A stretch of 63,518 bases of DNA, counting the filler. It is 5 parts of 5 records of this genome, joined end to end, with 100 filler letters (N's around TTAATTAATTAA, not from the genome) between each part and the next. Parts side by side here need not be neighbours in the genome. Positions count along the whole stretch, not along the records: positions 43,210 to 54,699 come from SRR31156797_30044; positions 54,800 to 63,518 come from SRR31156797_30054; 3 more parts are not named here. The stretch is one strand, 5' to 3'. Both the position numbers and the translations under genes were made by a program. The notes below the pieces were generated by a model that was not told the DNA's origin, searched no databases, and saw nothing but the letters and a program-made list of their open reading frames with translations. Numbering within the stretch: the first letter of the stretch is position 1; every line of letters starts with the position of its first letter. Below, in pieces: positions 52,171 through 61,144 of the stretch.

Positions 52171-53457
52171 ATGGGGGAGGGTCTGCTGATGGCAAAAAAG
52201 AGGGTTTTAAAGCCGAAAATGGCGCAAAAGGGAAGGCATTTCAATCAGTCCAATAATTTATCCCAACCGGGATCCGAGCACTTTTCCGCGCTGAAGTTCT
52301 GGGAAATTGACCAATTTTTCAAATGCCCGGTGGTGGGGATCTGCCTCACCCTTTCGGAACAGAAGCAGGTGCTCAAAAAGGCGGGGGTTTCTCCCAAGGG
52401 AAAGAGCCCTTTTGAAATCCATGAGATTCTGGTTGGCTGTTCGGAAAAGGAGAACCGCGTGTCCAAACAGGTGGATCGGCTGGTGAACCGGAAGTTCAAG
52501 GGGGAGATTGCGCCCCTTCGGGAGTTGAATGAAAAGGTCTTCATGGGGCACTGGGCGTCATGTTTTTATGGGGGCTATTTTGCCGGTGTTTTCTGGGCCG
52601 CCGCCATAAGATCCGACCTGTCCGCCGAAGCCAGGGGGCGAATTTTCGGGGACGTCCACATGTCCATGCACGGAAATGTGGAACAGAGCGCCCGCTTCAA
52701 GCGGCAGTTGACGTTTTATCGGGAAGAGGCCGCTAAAATGGGCGCCAAGGCCCGGGAGGCGGCCCGATCCAGGAAAACCCTGCAGAAGGAGAATGCAAAA
52801 TTGCGAAAAAATCAAGAAGATTTGCGCGTTCGACTGGCCGCCGGAGAAAATGAGATTATCCGAATGACCGAAGCGCTTTCAAGCCTGAAAGCAGCAGGGG
52901 CAACCGACGTACTTGAACGGAAAATCAGATGTCTGAGCGAGGATCTGGCGGAGCTTATGAAAGCGGGGAAAGAAAAGGATACGCTGTTGGCGGATTTCGA
53001 GAAGAAAAACCGACGGCTTTCCCAGGCACTTGTGGAACAAAAGGCGGCCGGTGCATCCCTTCAAAAAAAGGCGGGAATGCTGATTCAAGAGGCAGCCGGG
53101 CGTAACCGGTGCGACGAGACCTGCCCTTCCTACGATCTCTGTCAAAGGCGGGTTTTGATGGTTGGCGGACTCACCAAAATGGAATCCCTTTACAGACAAG
53201 TAATTGAGGGCAATAACGGCATATTTGAATACCATGACGGCTATATGCAAAAAGGCGCAAAGAATCTTGAAAGCCGGGTCAGGCGGGCGGATATGGTGCT
53301 CTGCCCGGTGAACTGCAACAGCCATGCGGCTTGTGCCCTGGTAAAAAAACTGGGGAAAAAACATAAGAAACCGGTTCGCCTGTTGGCCAGTTCCAGCTTG
53401 AGCGCCGTTGGGGAGGCCGTATCGGGGAGAGGGGGCGTCTATGTATCGGACAACTGA
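52171..53457 (+). CDS. DUF2325 domain protein with central coiled coil
   Basis: CPVVGICL, GVFWA, IFGDVHMSMH; C-terminal VLMVGG...HDG...ADMVLCPVNCNSH.AC..VKK. Confidence 0.82.
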   Translation: MGEGLLMAKKRVLKPKMAQKGRHFNQSNNLSQPGSEHFSALKFWEIDQFFKCPVVGICLTLSEQKQVLKKAGVSPKGKSPFEIHEILVGCSEKENRVSKQVDRLVNRKFKGEIAPLRELNEKVFMGHWASCFYGGYFAGVFWAAAIRSDLSAEARGRIFGDVHMSMHGNVEQSARFKRQLTFYREEAAKMGAKAREAARSRKTLQKENAKLRKNQEDLRVRLAAGENEIIRMTEALSSLKAAGATDVLERKIRCLSEDLAELMKAGKEKDTLLADFEKKNRRLSQALVEQKAAGASLQKKAGMLIQEAAGRNRCDETCPSYDLCQRRVLMVGGLTKMESLYRQVIEGNNGIFEYHDGYMQKGAKNLESRVRRADMVLCPVNCNSHAACALVKKLGKKHKKPVRLLASSSLSAVGEAVSGRGGVYVSDN

Positions 53458-53568
53458 AGTATCCCGGAGTCTGGGGTGGGGGATATTTATTTCGTGTCTT
53501 GCAGCCATGGCCTCCCTCTTTCTGTTCGGTTCAATGCTTTAACGATTAAGTGAAAGGAGTAAACGATT

Positions 53569-54354
53569 TTGATGGAAGCGGATTTGAATGCAACTGCACA
53601 TTTGGGAAATGAGCTTCACCGGTTTTTGAGACGGAAGATCGAGGTGGAAGGCGTTTGGGATTACGAAGTGGCTGATATGCTCAATGTCAAGCAGGGTCAT
53701 ATCGGTGCGTTGAGACGCCGTTTGGGGATTGATCGGACAAAAGGTTTCTTTTGCCGTTTTGACCGGAAGTACGGTCCCGGCGCCGTGTCGCGGTTCAGAA
53801 AAATGATCGAGAATCCGGAAAAATCCCTGGCGGATGTGGGGGCCTATTTCGGTTTTTCAAGGGAGTATGCCCGGCAGGTGTACGGGAAGATCTACGGGTG
53901 TTCCTATGGGGAAAACCACGGGAGGATGAAAACCCTTGAAAAAAAGCGTCGCACGAAAACGAAACAGCCGGAAACCCTTGTGAAAGTTCGGAATAAGATG
54001 ATGTCCCTGGGGTTCCATCCGAAGATCGAAAATCGGGGGCGGGCTTCCAGGATTTTGGTTAACGGTTACAAGCTCGGCCTGAAATTCAGCAGAAACCCCA
54101 GAATGATTGGCGAAAAACAATATTTTAATATTAATCAGAAAAATTGCTTTAAAAAAGAGCACTGTGACTTTTTTATCTGTCTCCTGAAACGGGAATGCGA
54201 TGAAACCCATTTTATCATTCCGAGGACGGCCATGCCCAAATGCAGCATTGCCCTTTCTCCCCAGTTTGATAAGGCAAAAAGCAAGTATTCACAGTTCAAG
54301 GAGGCGTGGCATTTGCTGGAAAAAGGCGCCCGGACACAAGTCGGATCTTCATGA
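53569..54354 (+). CDS. Hypothetical HTH protein with nuclease-like C-terminal domain
   Basis: AAGGAG RBS; SLADVGAYFGFSREYARQ HTH; DFFICLL..., HFIIP, KY..FKEAWHLL. Confidence 0.6.
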   Translation: MMEADLNATAHLGNELHRFLRRKIEVEGVWDYEVADMLNVKQGHIGALRRRLGIDRTKGFFCRFDRKYGPGAVSRFRKMIENPEKSLADVGAYFGFSREYARQVYGKIYGCSYGENHGRMKTLEKKRRTKTKQPETLVKVRNKMMSLGFHPKIENRGRASRILVNGYKLGLKFSRNPRMIGEKQYFNINQKNCFKKEHCDFFICLLKRECDETHFIIPRTAMPKCSIALSPQFDKAKSKYSQFKEAWHLLEKGARTQVGSS

Positions 54355-54699
54355 AAAATTCGGAATCAGGAGGGACTAGAGATGAAGAGATATTCAGGGC
54401 AGGCCCCGTTCTCATGCTTTTGGTCGGCCAAAAGAAGGGCGGAATTCAGATCAAGAGGTTTTGGAATGATCAATATGGGTTCCAGGGTGAAAACCGAAAA
54501 CCCTGTTAGCAGTGAAATCGATCGAATTATTTTTGAAAGATTGATCCGTGATGAAAGCAAAGATTCCTGAAGAAAACTTTCACAACGCTTTGATTGATCA
54601 GATTAGACGTCTTGATGATATAAAAGCCGTCTCCCCGGAGGGATTCATATGAGCCGTAATTTTCAAGTACAATGCAAAAAAAGCAACGGGAACCTGCAT

Positions 54700-54799
54700 N
54701 NNNNNNNNNNNNNNNNNNNNNNNNNNNNNNNNNNNNNNNNNNNTTAATTAATTAANNNNNNNNNNNNNNNNNNNNNNNNNNNNNNNNNNNNNNNNNNNN
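54700..54799. other. Artificial contig linker
   Basis: N-run/TTAATTAATTAA/N-run. Confidence 0.98.
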
Positions 54800-54830
54800 A
54801 TCAGCCATCAGCCATGAGCCATCAGCCATA
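54800..54830. repeat. Heptamer tandem repeat (ATCAGCC-like) x4 at contig start
   Basis: ATCAGCC ATCAGCC ATGAGCC ATCAGCC. Confidence 0.85.
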
Positions 54831-56372
54831 TCACATAACCCCATACAGCTGTTTTCTTTCCAAACAGGTTTCTAATCCCTCCTTATGGTTTCCACTTTGC
54901 ATATGGGCATCTTCATCAAGACCCAAGACAATTCTTTTCTCGTTCATAACGTTTCTTGCCGCGGACAGCAACTCGTAAAAACCAGACGAATCGGCTCTCC
55001 GCATGGCCAGCAGGGCAATGTCAATGACCGGGTCATCGGTCAGACCGGATTCGTCCGACATGACCTTACGAAGCCTGCCGGGTATCCCATCAATAAAAAC
55101 ATCCGGTACGACCCCACGCCCCTGGATACGATTGCCCTCAGGCGTGTAGTACCTGGCGATGGTAATCTTTATTCCATACCCATCTCCGATTCCTTCAACC
55201 GCCTGTATGGAGCCTTTCCCGAAAGATGTATTTCCCAAAACAACGGCCCTATTGTTTTCCTGCAGGGCGCTTGCCACAATCTCAGCCGCACTGGTGCTCC
55301 CTTCATTGATCAGTACCACGACCGGATACGAACGTCTGACGGCATTGGGGCCGGCCCTAAATTCCCGGGTGTTGCGCCTTATGCGACCGTTGACGGAGAC
55401 GATATTCCCCTTTTCGAGAAAAAGGTCGGATACCCGAATGGCCTGGCTCAGCAATCCACCGGGATTATCGCGCAAATCAAGAATCAAACCTCGCAAAGGC
55501 CTGCTTTCCTCATCCAGTCCGGCCAGCGCCGTTTCAAGATCCGCCGCCGTATTTTCATCGAAGCTGCCGATCCACGCGTACCCGAAGCCGGAGTGCAACT
55601 TCCGCGCATGAACACTCTTGTTGGGAATGACTTCACGGACCATTTCGTAATCAATGGGTTTTTCGGCATTTTTTCGAGAAACGGTTAGGGTCACCTTTTC
55701 CCCGTCATGGCCACGCGCCTTCCTGACAGCATCCCTGACATTCTTAACTTTGACGCCATTCACACGATGAATTCGGTCTCCGGCCACAATGCCGACTCCA
55801 TGGGCCGGACTCCCTTTGATGGAAAACACGGTGGTTACGAAGCCATCTTTCATTGTAACGACAATCCCGATGCCCGTGAATTTTCCTTGTGAATCGGTTT
55901 TTACCTTTTGCAGATCATCAGGCGAGAGCAGGGCGCATTGAGGATCCAAATGTGCAAGCATGCCTTTAATGGCGGAATCAACAAAATCATGGGATGAAAA
56001 CCCCGGAAAACTCCGTGAAGCACGGCTGAAAAGAGATCTGAAATTTGATTTAACATCTTCCATATCATGGCTGCTTTTGAGATTGAAACCCAATAGGTCT
56101 TTTCCACTCAAAGAGCCGTCGGCTTCAATAAGATCTCTTGAACCAAGACCCGCCTGAATACCATCAATGGACCCGGCAATGAGTTTCTCAGCCGGTATGG
56201 GGTCCACATATTCTTTAAAAATAATTTCAGCAGCCCTGTCGAAGCGATCCAGGTTATGGTTTGTTTCAAAGTTTACGCGTGTTTCAACCGTTTGACAGCT
56301 GAAAACCGACAGAACAAGCAAAACAATCAGAGGCATACGGGGCCAGGCTTTCCTTATGATTTGAAATTCCAT
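54831..56372 (-). CDS. S41 C-terminal processing protease with PDZ domain (lipoprotein-like N-terminus)
   Basis: GIGI, GSPA, LILDLRDNPGG, STSAAEI, SFGKGSIQ, ARYYTP.G..IQGRGVVPD. Confidence 0.93.
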   Translation of the reverse strand: MEFQIIRKAWPRMPLIVLLVLSVFSCQTVETRVNFETNHNLDRFDRAAEIIFKEYVDPIPAEKLIAGSIDGIQAGLGSRDLIEADGSLSGKDLLGFNLKSSHDMEDVKSNFRSLFSRASRSFPGFSSHDFVDSAIKGMLAHLDPQCALLSPDDLQKVKTDSQGKFTGIGIVVTMKDGFVTTVFSIKGSPAHGVGIVAGDRIHRVNGVKVKNVRDAVRKARGHDGEKVTLTVSRKNAEKPIDYEMVREVIPNKSVHARKLHSGFGYAWIGSFDENTAADLETALAGLDEESRPLRGLILDLRDNPGGLLSQAIRVSDLFLEKGNIVSVNGRIRRNTREFRAGPNAVRRSYPVVVLINEGSTSAAEIVASALQENNRAVVLGNTSFGKGSIQAVEGIGDGYGIKITIARYYTPEGNRIQGRGVVPDVFIDGIPGRLRKVMSDESGLTDDPVIDIALLAMRRADSSGFYELLSAARNVMNEKRIVLGLDEDAHMQSGNHKEGLETCLERKQLYGVM

Positions 56373-56396
56373 GGGTGATCCGGTGAGGAACCACCC

Positions 56397-56768
56397 ATGA
56401 ACAACTCATTCTTGAAGCAATTCTCACAGAATATCAAGTTCAATTTTTTTTGTTTCGATCGGGTCATCATTCGGGGCTACATCCTGCCCCTGTTTTTTCC
56501 AGCAGGCATCGTAAGGTTTCTCAGGGCTGTCGGTTTCAAAGGGTTGTCAAATGGCGTTATGCGAATTCTGAGCGATCAACTGAATGCGCACATTCAAAAG
56601 GTAGCTCGAAAGCATGATATCCCCATACACTGGTGGCCCTACGAAGGGGGCGGCACTGACAGTGCAAAATCCAAGTTTGTGGAACAAAAATACGCAGGCA
56701 GCTCACTTCAAAATCCGGAAAACCCTATGACAGAATCTATGACTGCAAAAAAGCCGTCTCTGAGGTGA
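56397..56768 (+). pseudogene. N-terminal fragment of a probable transposase-like protein
   Basis: CFDRVIIRGY motif recalled from the start of much longer multi-copy hypothetical proteins; reading drifts after KYAG; family not verified. Confidence 0.45.
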
Positions 56769-57008
56769 ACTAAATCACACATTCACTATCCTGCGCCGAA
56801 TACTTCCCCACCGTATCCCACATCCATCATGCGCCTTCGCCAACGCCACCAACTCCTCAATCCCCGCCATCAACCACCGCCGATACCCCTCCTGATCTCC
56901 ATACCCATTCCACAAATGATTATTCCGCGGCACCATGATCTTCTCATGCGCCGTCTCCACCACCCCTTCATCCTAATCATCCCGCTGTTCTGTCCCTTCC
57001 CTTGACCC

Positions 57009-57037
57009 TTGACAGATGAAACCCCAACGGTTACAAT
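57009..57037 (+). promoter_or_regulatory. Sigma70 promoter with overlapping operator palindrome for higBA
   Basis: TTGACA-17 nt-TACAAT, 6 nt before ATG 57044; TGAAACC-N5-GGTTACA inverted repeat in the spacer. Confidence 0.8.
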
Positions 57038-57043
57038 CAAACC

Positions 57044-57207
57044 ATGATAAAGACCTTTGTTCACAAGGGCTTGGAGGCTTTTTTCTTTGAAGGTACAAAG
57101 GCAATAGAAAAGGCCATTGGGCGGTAAAGGTTTCAGGGAGCTGGCGTATAACTTTCAGATTTCGTGAGGGTGCTGCCTTCGCTGTCGATTACGAAGACTA
57201 CCATTAA
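57044..57207 (+). pseudogene. higB: HigB (RelE-family) toxin with internal deletion and frameshift
   Basis: MIKTFVHKGLEAFF..GT joined out of frame to KGNRKGHWAVKVSGSWRITFRF...VDYEDYH*; only 164 nt; not in the ORF track. Confidence 0.85.
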
Positions 57208-57217
57208 GGAGAAAGCA

Positions 57218-57541
57218 ATGAATAAAAGAAAGAGGCCCCCGACCCATCCGGGAGGAATATTGAAGCGGCTATACCTGGCCCCAATGGAAATAACGGTATC
57301 AGAGTTATCGAAAAGAATAGGTGTCTCCAGGAAAACGGTATCCAAACTCGTAAACGAAAGGGGTTCCTTTACACCGGATATGGCGCTCAGATTGTCTCGT
57401 GCTTTCAACACAACACCGGATTTGTGGCTCAACTTGCAGAAAAACTATGACCTATGGCAGACTGGACGGAAGTCCATGGACTGGCAGAGGATCGCACCGT
57501 TTCCTGCGCGAGAAATGGCGAACTCACTTCCTCCTGGATAG
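57218..57541 (+). CDS. higA: HigA antitoxin (Xre HTH)
   Basis: AAGGAG RBS; PPTHPGGIL, GVSRKTVS, TPDMALRLS, WLNLQ..YDL. Confidence 0.92.
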   Translation: MNKRKRPPTHPGGILKRLYLAPMEITVSELSKRIGVSRKTVSKLVNERGSFTPDMALRLSRAFNTTPDLWLNLQKNYDLWQTGRKSMDWQRIAPFPAREMANSLPPG

Positions 57542-57597
57542 CTCCTGCGGATTTATCCGCCTCTGGAGGATTTTCGCAGATTATTCGAACCCGCAAA

Positions 57598-57651
57598 CAC
57601 GGAGACCACAGAGTTTTATATTTTCTTCCCAGTGTCCTCTGCGTCTCCGTG
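57598..57651. repeat. Intergenic hairpin repeat with CACAGAG/CTCTGCG-type arms
   Basis: CACGGAGACCACAGAG...CTCTGCGTCTCCGTG. Confidence 0.75.
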
Positions 57652-57719
57652 GTAAATCAACCAACCCTGCTTTCCTCAATGCTCTCGGTAAAAAAGGGGG
57701 GACATATACCGAATAACCA

Positions 57720-57755
57720 CAATAAGTAAAGCCCTAATACAATAAGCAAAGCCCC
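57720..57755 (+). repeat. Two truncated copies of the cassette-boundary motif
   Basis: CAATAAGTAAAGCC (57720) and CAATAAGCAAAGCC (57740). Confidence 0.7.
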
Positions 57756-57789
57756 ATATGACCTTGACGGATACTGTAATATACTAGAG

Positions 57790-57903
57790 GAAGTAACGGC
57801 GATTGGCATTCAGCCCGGTACCCATGTGTTGAGAATCATCACGGCAAGAGACATGAATAAGACGCAAAGAGACATGTACAACAGGAGAGGAGGCAAACCA
57901 TGA
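57790..57903 (+). pseudogene. BrnT-family toxin C-terminal remnant
   Basis: ...VLRIITARDMNKTQRDMY...* with ATGA overlap onto the antitoxin start; N-terminal half missing; left boundary approximate. Confidence 0.7.
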
Positions 57904-58182
57904 AAGATTCGAAAAAGCTGTCGGATGTCCCTCCCATGAACGATCACGAATTGGAAGCCTTCTGGGATAAAAACCAGCCGGAAGACTATGAAGGCTGGGA
58001 AGAAGGAACGCTGACATTCACGCGGCCGCCAAAGAAGTTAATCCAATTGCGAATGGAACCCAGGGATATCAGAATCATTGACCGCGAATCCAAACGCTCA
58101 GGCATCGACAGATGCTCAACTGGTACGTTCGTGGGTAAAAGAGAAAATCAGCCATATAGAAGGTAAGGAAAGTCATGGGTAG
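57900..58182 (+). pseudogene. BrnA/CopG-type antitoxin with 1-nt frameshift
   Basis: EAFWD, KKLIQLRM...GIDR; dropping one base near 58113 restores AQLVRSWVKEKI (RHH helix). Confidence 0.72.
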
Positions 58183-58267
58183 TCATTCATTCCCCACAGG
58201 TACCAAATTCGTTCAACTGTTCTTCTGAGAGCGCCAGTCCAGCATCTTTCGTCTCTTCTCTGCCTAC

Positions 58268-58315
58268 CTCTGCCTGCCCTGTGAAACCCGGGTCTTTGTT
58301 TCACCGGGGCGCGAG
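58268..58315. repeat. Small hairpin element inserted in a CTCTGCGCGAG repeat arm
   Basis: CTCTGC[CTGCCCTGTGAAA...TTTCACCGGGGC]GCGAG; inverted counterpart at 63013-63074. Confidence 0.75.
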
Positions 58316-58395
58316 CCTAAATATGGAGAAAAGGCGTGCTTTGGGTTGCATAGTGGTGCTATGTGGCCGAAGGCGTAACGCTGCAGGCGGGAAAG

Positions 58396-58422
58396 CAACA
58401 AGTAAAGCCTGACCCCGTATTT
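58396..58422 (+). repeat. 27-bp boundary repeat, copy A
   Basis: CAACAAGTAAAGCCTGACCCCGTATTT; 26/27 identical to 60287-60313. Confidence 0.9.
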
Positions 58423-58452
58423 TCTTCTATTGGATACCAAGGAGGTGACAAA

Positions 58453-58557
58453 ATGACATACTTTGGAATTGCCTTGATAATTCTGGGAGCTTTTGCTTTA
58501 ACAGGCATTATTTATGTTCAGCTTGACCGAAAACACCTCAAAACGAAGGAGAACTGA
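58453..58557 (+). CDS. 34-aa single-TM small protein
   Basis: AAGGAGGTG RBS; MTYFGIALIILGAFALTGIIYVQLDRKHLKTKEN. Confidence 0.65.
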   Translation: MTYFGIALIILGAFALTGIIYVQLDRKHLKTKEN

Positions 58558-58626
58558 CTTCCGACCGCAGACTTCAACCTTCCCGTCCAGGCCCCCATTC
58601 GCCCTTTTTGCACATCAATTACCACA

Positions 58627-58682
58627 AGACACAGAGAACACAGAGTTTTTTATTTCTTTTTTCTCTGTGACCTCTGTGTCTC
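58627..58682. repeat. Intergenic hairpin repeat with 9-nt periodic arms
   Basis: AGACACAGAGAACACAGAG...CTCTGTGACCTCTGTGTCT. Confidence 0.8.
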
Positions 58683-58933
58683 TGATGAGTACCGGGGTGA
58701 AACGGTGGTTTTAGCAATCGGCCAAGTATCTGAAATACGCGTTCCGGTCCATCCCTAATGTCAAGAGCATGCTCACGCGGCTCATCAATCGGAATCATCG
58801 TCGCTGACATGGCAAAAATAATAGAGATCACAACTATTTATCGCTTTTCCGATTTGATAAAAATTCTCGTAAGTTCAAACTGATTTCACGGAATTGATTG
58901 TTGTGACAGGGGGCGCCTGGGAGTAATACGAGC

Positions 58934-60211
58934 CTACAGCCCCTCCCGCAAAGCTGGCCTGGCCCTTTCACCCCCATGCACCAGCTTAATTTGCCCAGGC
59001 TTTTCCGGCATACCATTTACCCACTCCAGCAATCCGTTCCGATCGGCATGGGCCGAGTAGCCGGGCATCAAATGAATGCCGGCCCTGATTCGAAGCTTTT
59101 CTCCCTTCATCACCACATATCCGTCCGGCTTCCGATACCAGGCCAGGATATCCCGCCCCGGCGTTCCCCGTACCTGATATCCCACAAAAAGCATTTCATT
59201 TTCAGGCTTCTCAATCCCTTCAATAATATGATTCACGATCCTTCCACCGGTACACATGCCGCTGCCCGCCAGAATGACCATGGGGCCGCCCGTTCGCAGC
59301 AAATCCATATGATCTGAATGCCGCGGCACCGCATAAAGGCCCTCAAAGTCAATGGGATGGTCACCCCGCGACAAATGCCCGCGGGCTTCCCGGTCCCAGT
59401 AAGCGGAAAGATTCGCATAAACATCCGTAATCTCAATACCTAAGGGAGAATCCAGGAACACCGGAACTCGGAATTCGCTTTCGCTAAACAGCCGGTCCAT
59501 CTCATAAAGCAGTTCCTGAGTCCGGCCCAGAGCAAAGGCCGGAATCAAAACCCTGCCCTGATCCGCCAGTGCTTTTTTCAGCACCCGCCCCAAACGGTGC
59601 CCGCGACCCATCCGGTCCCCATGCACCCGATTCCCATAGGTGGATTCCATGACCAGAATGTCGCACCCTTCCGGCACATCCGGATCACACAAAAGGGGTG
59701 TATGTTTTGCCCCCAGGTCCCCTGAAAACACCACCCGCCCATTACCTGGAATATCGAACTGAATCCAGCAGGATCCCAGAATATGACCCGCCCGGCCCAG
59801 CGTGAATTGAAGTCCCCGGTCCAGATCAAAAGGCGCACCATATTCAAATCCCCAGGAAATCCGGTCAATGACTTCCAAAAGCCCCATGAACTCCCGTTCC
59901 GTAAAGTGTGAAAAAGCTGACGCATCCTTCAGCATCGGTTCCAGAAGCGCCTTGGTAGCATGAGTGGTCAGAATCTCGCCCCTGAAACCCTTTTGTACCA
60001 GCTCCGGCACCCGGCCGATATGATCCATATGAGCATGGGTCAAAAACAGAAAATCAACGTTTCCCGGATCAATCGGCCAGGCCTCCATGGGCAGCAACCT
60101 GTCATTCCCCTGCGCCAGCCCACAGTCCACCAGAATATTCAACTCCCTGGCCTGAAGCAGGTGACAGGACCCCGTCACCGTTGTTTCACCGCCCAGATGA
60201 ACCATCTTCAT
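58934..60211 (-). CDS. MBL-fold beta-CASP hydrolase (putative RNase)
   Basis: VTGSCH, DCG, THAHMDHIG, AGHILGS, FSGDLG, ESTYG, PAFALGRTQE, GSGMCTGGRI, SAHAD, LVHG. Confidence 0.92.
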   Translation of the reverse strand: MKMVHLGGETTVTGSCHLLQARELNILVDCGLAQGNDRLLPMEAWPIDPGNVDFLFLTHAHMDHIGRVPELVQKGFRGEILTTHATKALLEPMLKDASAFSHFTEREFMGLLEVIDRISWGFEYGAPFDLDRGLQFTLGRAGHILGSCWIQFDIPGNGRVVFSGDLGAKHTPLLCDPDVPEGCDILVMESTYGNRVHGDRMGRGHRLGRVLKKALADQGRVLIPAFALGRTQELLYEMDRLFSESEFRVPVFLDSPLGIEITDVYANLSAYWDREARGHLSRGDHPIDFEGLYAVPRHSDHMDLLRTGGPMVILAGSGMCTGGRIVNHIIEGIEKPENEMLFVGYQVRGTPGRDILAWYRKPDGYVVMKGEKLRIRAGIHLMPGYSAHADRNGLLEWVNGMPEKPGQIKLVHGGERARPALREGL

Positions 60212-60286
60212 ATCACGCGCCCCCAAAAATGACCCAAAACGGAAATCTTTAATCCACCACCTTCATGCCCTTCATGCTCAAAACGA

Positions 60287-60313
60287 CAACAAGCAAAGCC
60301 TGACCCCGTATTT
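60287..60313 (+). repeat. 27-bp boundary repeat, copy B
   Basis: CAACAAGCAAAGCCTGACCCCGTATTT, followed by TTGACC...TAACAT promoter-like sequence. Confidence 0.9.
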
Positions 60314-60384
60314 CTCTTGACCATGGCAGAAAAACGATTAACATAGTTTAACAATTTATTTGTTTAATTGTTTAAGGAGAAGAT

Positions 60385-60663
60385 ATGCCCGCAATCATGA
60401 AAATAAGTCCTCAGGGGCAGATTCGTATACCCAAAAAGATCATGATGACGCTTGGGATCGGGAAAGGCGATTATGTTGAAGTGGATATTGTAGAAAGGCA
60501 GATCGTCCTGAAACCGAGAAAACTCATTGATCCCTCCCAAGGCTGGTACTGGTCCCGGGAATGGCAGAAAATGGAAGCCGAGGTCGATGGGGAAATGGAT
60601 AAGGACCAACTCTCACCCACATTCGAATCCGCTGAAAACGGACTGAAATGGCTGAAGAAGTAA
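60385..60663 (+). CDS. AbrB/MazE/SpoVT-family antitoxin
   Basis: AAGGAG RBS; KISPQGQIRIPKKI..LGI.KGDYV, IVLKP, QGWYWSREWQ. Confidence 0.88.
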   Translation: MPAIMKISPQGQIRIPKKIMMTLGIGKGDYVEVDIVERQIVLKPRKLIDPSQGWYWSREWQKMEAEVDGEMDKDQLSPTFESAENGLKWLKK

Positions 60664-60932
60664 AGTCCTACCGGTTCAGCAGGCGATTTAAGAAAGGCTA
60701 TCAAAGGCTGCCCAAAGAGATTCAAGAGGCCTTTGATCAGAAGCTGCCGGTTTTTCTGAGAGATATGTCGCGCCCTTCCCTTCGGGTAAAGCCCTTGCAG
60801 GGAACTAAAGGTCGCTGGGAAGGATCCATCACCATGAAATACCGGTTTACTTTCGAATTCTCTCAAGACACCCTGATCTTCAGGGCCAAAGGAGGAGCAG
60901 ATGGAACAGATCAGAGTAAATTTAACCCTTGA
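60648..60932 (+). pseudogene. RelE/ParE-superfamily toxin, C-terminus apparently replaced
   Basis: FSRRFKKGYQRLP, PSLRVK.LQG, WEGSITMKYRFTF; after IFRA it runs into the next gene's RBS instead of the usual (I/V)G.HD ending. Confidence 0.65.
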
Positions 60933-61143
60933 ACGGGAGACATGGGAAAGGTTTGGCCAACTGGTACCCAATCGCCAAAAAAGCCGGGCTGTCAATGAAT
61001 TATTGAAGCGCGAAGTCCTAAAAATGATACGGGAAAGTGAAGAAAAGGCGTTGCGTCTGGCATTTGCCGAGGCTGCAACCGACAAGGCACGGGAGACCGC
61101 CATCAACGACTGGAAACCATTAGACACAGAGGGATGGAGTTGA
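60901..61143 (+). CDS. RHH-type antitoxin partner of MazF/PemK
   Basis: AAGGAGG RBS; RVNLTL...VPNRQKSRAVNELL, acidic DW..LD.EGW tail. Confidence 0.78.
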   Translation: MEQIRVNLTLERETWERFGQLVPNRQKSRAVNELLKREVLKMIRESEEKALRLAFAEAATDKARETAINDWKPLDTEGWS

Positions 61144-61144
61144 A

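Noticed and set aside
54306-54570. Short overlapping ORFs after the HTH gene
   Set aside because: No RBS or motif support; they overlap each other
56775-56963. 62-aa minus-strand ORF between the transposase-like fragment and higBA
   Set aside because: May be a gene remnant, but no family was recognisable and the start is unsupported
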